From assembly GCA_009859145.1 (NCBI GenBank), contig VRVR01000037.1, positions 256,451 through 278,105 on the forward strand: a stretch of DNA of 21,655 nucleotides, given 5' to 3'. Shown piece after piece: positions 17,502 to 21,655 of this stretch. Numbering within the stretch: the stretch's first letter is position 1; each line of letters opens with the position of its first letter. The position numbers and the translations under genes are program-made. This stretch comes from Andalucia godoyi And28. Taxonomy: Eukaryota > Protista > Jakobida. A model generated the notes under the pieces. That model was not told where the DNA came from. It searched no databases and was given only the letters and a program-made list of their open reading frames with translations.

Positions 17502-18657
17502 GATACATCAAGTCAGGCAAATTATCGTCCCCATGATCGGTGACATGCCGGGAGACTCCTTCAGCCGTAGCTGCTCAGGGCCACACGTGCATGATTCTCG
17601 CGCTCCATGTTGCATTTGCATCGTTGAGTTCCGGCACCTGCGGCTGGTGATGCCCTTTACCGCTCCATTGTTTGTAGAGTGTTGTTCTCGCTGAAGACAA
17701 CTGACGTGGAAGGAGACAACTCAGAGCTTTCGTAACAGTTTGATGCATCCGTCTGCAGACGAACTCTGGGCTTGCCTCTCCGCCGTCTTCTCCCCAAGAT
17801 GCATCTCTCTATCACTTGTTTTCGCCTTCTGACTGCCAGGCCAAAGAGGCGACCTTACATCGATTCTCCTTGGCCTCAACAAAGACAGATATCAGACACA
17901 CCAACGAACAAGTTAAGTGAATTACGGAAAGTTTGTCCTGCAATGACCGCCTCGCGGACCAGGATTCGTGATCCGTCGTCTGTCCTTCAGGTTCGATGAT
18001 TGAGAGTAGGGAGCAGAAACCTGGCAAACAATGCCCAACGTCATCGGCTGCTTCATCATCCTACGCTACTCCCTTGTAGAGACGGCGGAAGCCGCAAGGG
18101 TCGCATGTTATGTACATCATTATCAACTTAAGCAGCGTAAACGCGGTGCGAATCTCGGAGGCTGACAGTCGACAGCGTGTTCAAGCGGATCGAACGAACA
18201 CCACCGGCTGTGGGAGCGCAAGTCGGGATGCTATGACCTGCAGAGGTTGACAGATCAGTCTTTTTGGCTATCGTCTGTTTGCCGCGCAGAAAAACCGCAG
18301 CAACGGTTTCACGACACACCAGACAAAAGAACCAAGTACAAGCAGAAGCGGAAGTTGTTGTCATCGATGAACAAGGAGAGCTGTGCAAGCTGAAAGGATC
18401 GACAAAGTGTCCCCCCCGCCCCGGAGGTTGGGCAGGGAGGATGACCCTAGAGAACGATGTGTTTGTTGTTCCTTCTGCTCCGATGCTCTTACGGGTCCTG
18501 TAGACACGGGGCTCTCGAGATGGACATTCAGTGAACCTTTGGGAGCACCCTCAAAATGCTGGTCAGCGGCTTCCTGTTGCTGCTGCTTCAAAGAGTGATT
18601 CCGGGGGCAGTCGTGTTTGCATCAGAAATCTTCGTCGTCTTTCGGCGTTTGAAAAAC

Positions 18658-19389
18658 ATGGCTGAGGACCGAGCTCTGATAACTGGCGCGTCTGGATCCG
18701 AAGTGAGCGCTCACCTTCTTCGTGCAGGTGTGCGAACGATGGTTCTCATGGGCCGCAGTTTAGCAGAACTTGACAGCGTCCGCGATCGGCTCCTTGAAAT
18801 TGATCCAAGCAGCAGTGTTATCAGTATCGTCTGCGACATGACGCAGTCTGCGGACGTGGATGCGTCTTTCCAGCAAGCTCTGGAAGCAGCCGAGTATTTC
18901 ACAATCATTGTGCATGCGGCAGGCGTCCTAGGTCACGGAAGCATTGCGGATAGCAGTGTCGACTCCTGGCAGGACTGCATGTCCGTGAACACTGCTTCGA
19001 CCATACGTCTTACACAGTTGGCTGTCCCAAACATAGTCAGAGCACCAGTTCCAGAAACGGGAAAGTCCATTGTATTCATATCCAGCTTTGCTGGCGTTGT
19101 TCCTATCAAGAATGCCGCTGCATACTGTGCTTCCAAAGGTGCAATACGAGCCTTCAGCCACGCCATTTTCGAAGATCTGAGAGAGCTCAGCATCAAAGTG
19201 TCAGTCATTTGTCCAGGTACAGTCAATACTTCGCTTGTCAACCGTCGCCCAGGTTGCGTGCCGTCATTAATGTTGCAACCAGCCGATATTGCAGACGCCA
19301 TCTTATTTGTGGTCAAGTTTCCTCCTCGTGGCTGTCCGACCGAGATTGTTATCCGACCGACTGCGACACCCTACACAAAGAGCGCGTAA
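18658..19389 (+). CDS. short-chain dehydrogenase/reductase (classical SDR, YdfG-like C-terminus), 243 aa
   Basis: ALITGASG, CDM, VHAAG, catalytic Ser (FISS), YCASK (YxxxK), CPGTVNT and PADIADAILFVVKFPPRGCPTEIVIRP. The start is placed at GAAAAAC-ATG 18658. Confidence 0.9.
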   Translation: MAEDRALITGASGSEVSAHLLRAGVRTMVLMGRSLAELDSVRDRLLEIDPSSSVISIVCDMTQSADVDASFQQALEAAEYFTIIVHAAGVLGHGSIADSSVDSWQDCMSVNTASTIRLTQLAVPNIVRAPVPETGKSIVFISSFAGVVPIKNAAAYCASKGAIRAFSHAIFEDLRELSIKVSVICPGTVNTSLVNRRPGCVPSLMLQPADIADAILFVVKFPPRGCPTEIVIRPTATPYTKSA

Positions 19390-20089
19390 GCATGCTGTGT
19401 AGCATGAATGGAAGCGATTTACTTTTTCATTTACGGACTATGACGGAGTGATTGACAGCAGCAAGACACCGCATTTGCCTTGCTTTAAAATCAAAGAATC
19501 GGATGTCGAAATTAACATGCATTGTACGTCGCCTTCTTCCGATGCATTTTGTAAAATCTCATTCCAAAGCATTCGGTTCTTTCCACTGGATGCACTTGGA
19601 AAACGCAGCGCAGGATCGTCATTTTCATCGCACCATCCCTTTCGTGCGAGATGCGCGGATGTCAGGTGGGTTGGAGTGATGTTGCAAAAAAAAAGTGTAG
19701 TAATAATACAGCGAAATGCTGCCAGTGGAGGCATGTCCTGGGCGGATCCGAGTCATTTAGTCTGCATCTGCAGTTGCCAGCTGGAATTGCAGAATCCGCG
19801 GCTGGCAGGCAGGTGTAGAAGATGGAAACCAGAGAATCACATATCAAATACTGTACGTGCAGAAGCGGCAAACAATGCAGATTACCTTACACTTCCTGAA
19901 TCCACGAAGATAGGACAGTGTGATGTAACTGCAAACTCCCTCACCCACCCCTGCTGAGGGACTAGTGATTGGCTGTTTCAAATACGCCCACAAAAGAATG
20001 CAGCCATCCTTTCGTCAAATACTCCAACTGTTTCGCGTTACTTCCCATCTCATTCTTGTTTCAAGTTCTTTTATTTCATTGTCGACAGT

Positions 20090-20458
20090 ATGCCACTGAA
20101 TCGCACATCCGTTTTACTCCTGTGCTCCCTGATGGTGGGGGCCATGTGCATCGCCGAGTCTGTAGATCAAGCAGATGTAATATCTGCGTGTTCACAGTTT
20201 TCCGAATGGTCGCAGAAATGTTGTCGCTGTATTGCCGATCAACAGTTCCTTTACCCCAGTAGCTGCAACCCTGGTGATGCAAACGCCAAACAGTCCAGCG
20301 GTGTGAGCTTACTGGAAATCTGGGATTCATGCTACGGAAGTTCGTCTCCTTGTGTTGTTTCAAACACCAGGTGTGCTACTGATGTCTGGAAATGGGGAAA
20401 CCGGTCATGGACACGTTGGCCTGCTTGTAAGAAATGCGGATGCTGCAATAGTGCGTAA
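20090..20458 (+). CDS. small secreted Cys-rich protein, probable lysozyme-like (SLT/c-type) fold, 122 aa
   Basis: Signal peptide plus 12 Cys in about 100 mature residues. The pattern WSQ.CC.CI ... PC...N..CA..VW.WG..W..W..C..CGCC matches my recollection of protist lysozyme-like proteins. Confidence 0.7.
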   Translation: MPLNRTSVLLLCSLMVGAMCIAESVDQADVISACSQFSEWSQKCCRCIADQQFLYPSSCNPGDANAKQSSGVSLLEIWDSCYGSSSPCVVSNTRCATDVWKWGNRSWTRWPACKKCGCCNSA

Positions 20459-21655
20459 AATACCACATTTCTGGAAGAACTTGTCTTCCTACCGTCTGAT
20501 GCATGGCATAAGGAAAGTGAGAACTGCATCGAAGCTGTTGCATCCCGACGTCCTCATTTGCATGTTGGGAGCACGATCCCAGTAAGCGCTGGGTTTTTTC
20601 TGAGAGGACGACTTGAGGTGAAGAATCATAGGCAACGGGAGGACAAACTCACTAGCCACGACTAACGTTGTCGTCTCAACAACTGAAATCGTTCACTGCG
20701 AAGTATGAAGAGCAGGACATACAGAGTTAGACTACAATCACCTGCGAACAGGTCAACAAATGGATTCCAGAAGTCGTATTTCAACTCATGGGGACAGAAC
20801 GCAAGCTGAGGGATCTGGTAGGATCGCTGACGTTTGCACTGCACTAGGAGGGACGAGAGAGGGGAGAGGGATGAATGATAAAAGACACCATCTGATGGAG
20901 CCACCATATCAGTGGCTGGTTTTCGAACACGGGATGCATGGATAACACTCGCAGTTCATAGAATCCTTGAAAAGAATGCTATCATGAGTCCACTGAGCCT
21001 GACGGGACGGTGGAGCAAAGAAAGTCTGAAAGTGGGAGCGCGTGGCACTGTGGGGAGCCTTTGTCCTCAGCCATTTTTCGATTGAGCAAGACCCGTTTGT
21101 GCAAAGAAATGAAAAGCCACAAGGACATATTTCCAGAATCTAACGGGAAATCCTTTTGCTTTCATGACGGAAGTATTCGATGGGTCACAAGACCTGGGAT
21201 ACACACTGTTCTACAAGAGCAAGAGCTGCGAGTTTGTTTCCGGGTTGATCTGATCCATCATGGTGAAAAACGTGACGCTTGCGATGTTATGTAATTTGAC
21301 GGGCTGAAAGAATGCGATTGGCGGCGAATAACAATGATAACTTCCAATACCAAGAATGCACTGACTGTGCAGACTATCAGCCGAGCATGCTGCTGCACGG
21401 CCAACATTGAATCGGGAGTGCAAAAACAAATGATCTCGAAGAAAACCCAGTTCTTTAAAATACCGGCCTTCCTGCGTGGTCCGATTCCCACTCGACATGA
21501 CTGGGCACGGTGCTGCAAGCGCATCCACAGTACCACGTCGCGCTCTTAATCTACTTTCGAAGACAGGTGCAGCCCCAGGATGTCTTGCGCAGCATGTCCT
21601 ACAGGGAGTTGGCAACAATCCTGAAACCCCGAGTTCGCATGAAAATCGACTTGGA

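Noticed and set aside
17772-18598. Short ORFs upstream of the SDR
   Set aside because: All are under 90 aa in conflicting frames, with no recognisable motif.
19448-19957. 169-aa GTG-started ORF
   Set aside because: Non-ATG start, Ser/Cys/Arg-rich random-like composition and no motif.
20656-20847. Protein-like frame LKSFTAKYEEQDIQS*TTITCEQVNKWIPEVVFQLMGTERKLRDLVG split by TAG
   Set aside because: Only about 60 codons and unidentifiable; it cannot be distinguished from chance without a search.
21010-21618. ORFs on both strands near the right edge
   Set aside because: No start context or motif support; possibly a remnant or a gene continuing outside the window.
1-21655. Stop-codon reassignment or selenocysteine readthrough suggested by ORFs split by single stops and an odd eRF3-like gene
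   Set aside because: TAA, TAG and TGA all terminate intact genes here, the long genes have no internal stops, and no SECIS-like hairpin was identified.
1-21655. tRNA, rRNA or transposase/reverse-transcriptase genes
   Set aside because: No cloverleaf with a T-loop GTTCRA in context, no rRNA-like segment, and no DDE or YxDD motifs were seen.

Overview
Eukaryotic, apparently intron-poor genomic window, most consistent with a free-living protist (lineage cannot be fixed from sequence alone). All confidently called genes are uninterrupted ORFs in the standard code, ending in TAA, TAG or TGA. Supported genes, in order: a small KGG-motif stress protein (665-883 +), a nitrilase-superfamily carbon-nitrogen hydrolase (2366-3256 +), a secreted and probably GPI-anchored Cys/Ser/Thr/Ala-rich surface protein (3629-4195 -), an ENA-type (P2D) Na+/K+-exporting P-type ATPase (5855-9022 +), a short divergent eRF3/HBS1-like translational GTPase (10497-11381 -), a 1464-aa LRR + Cys-rich + multi-pass membrane receptor-like protein (11768-16162 +), an SDR oxidoreductase (18658-19389 +) and a small secreted Cys-rich lysozyme-like protein (20090-20458 +). 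Intergenic DNA holds microsatellites and interrupted, protein-like ORF remnants, including a possible frameshifted NadD-like gene. The most unusual element is the eRF3-like GTPase. Its G domain is joined directly to domain III (domain II missing), its NKxD motif is altered, it has a pure-AT leader, and it lies head-to-head with the LRR receptor gene. Family assignments come from motif recognition and recalled consensus sequences, not from database searches.
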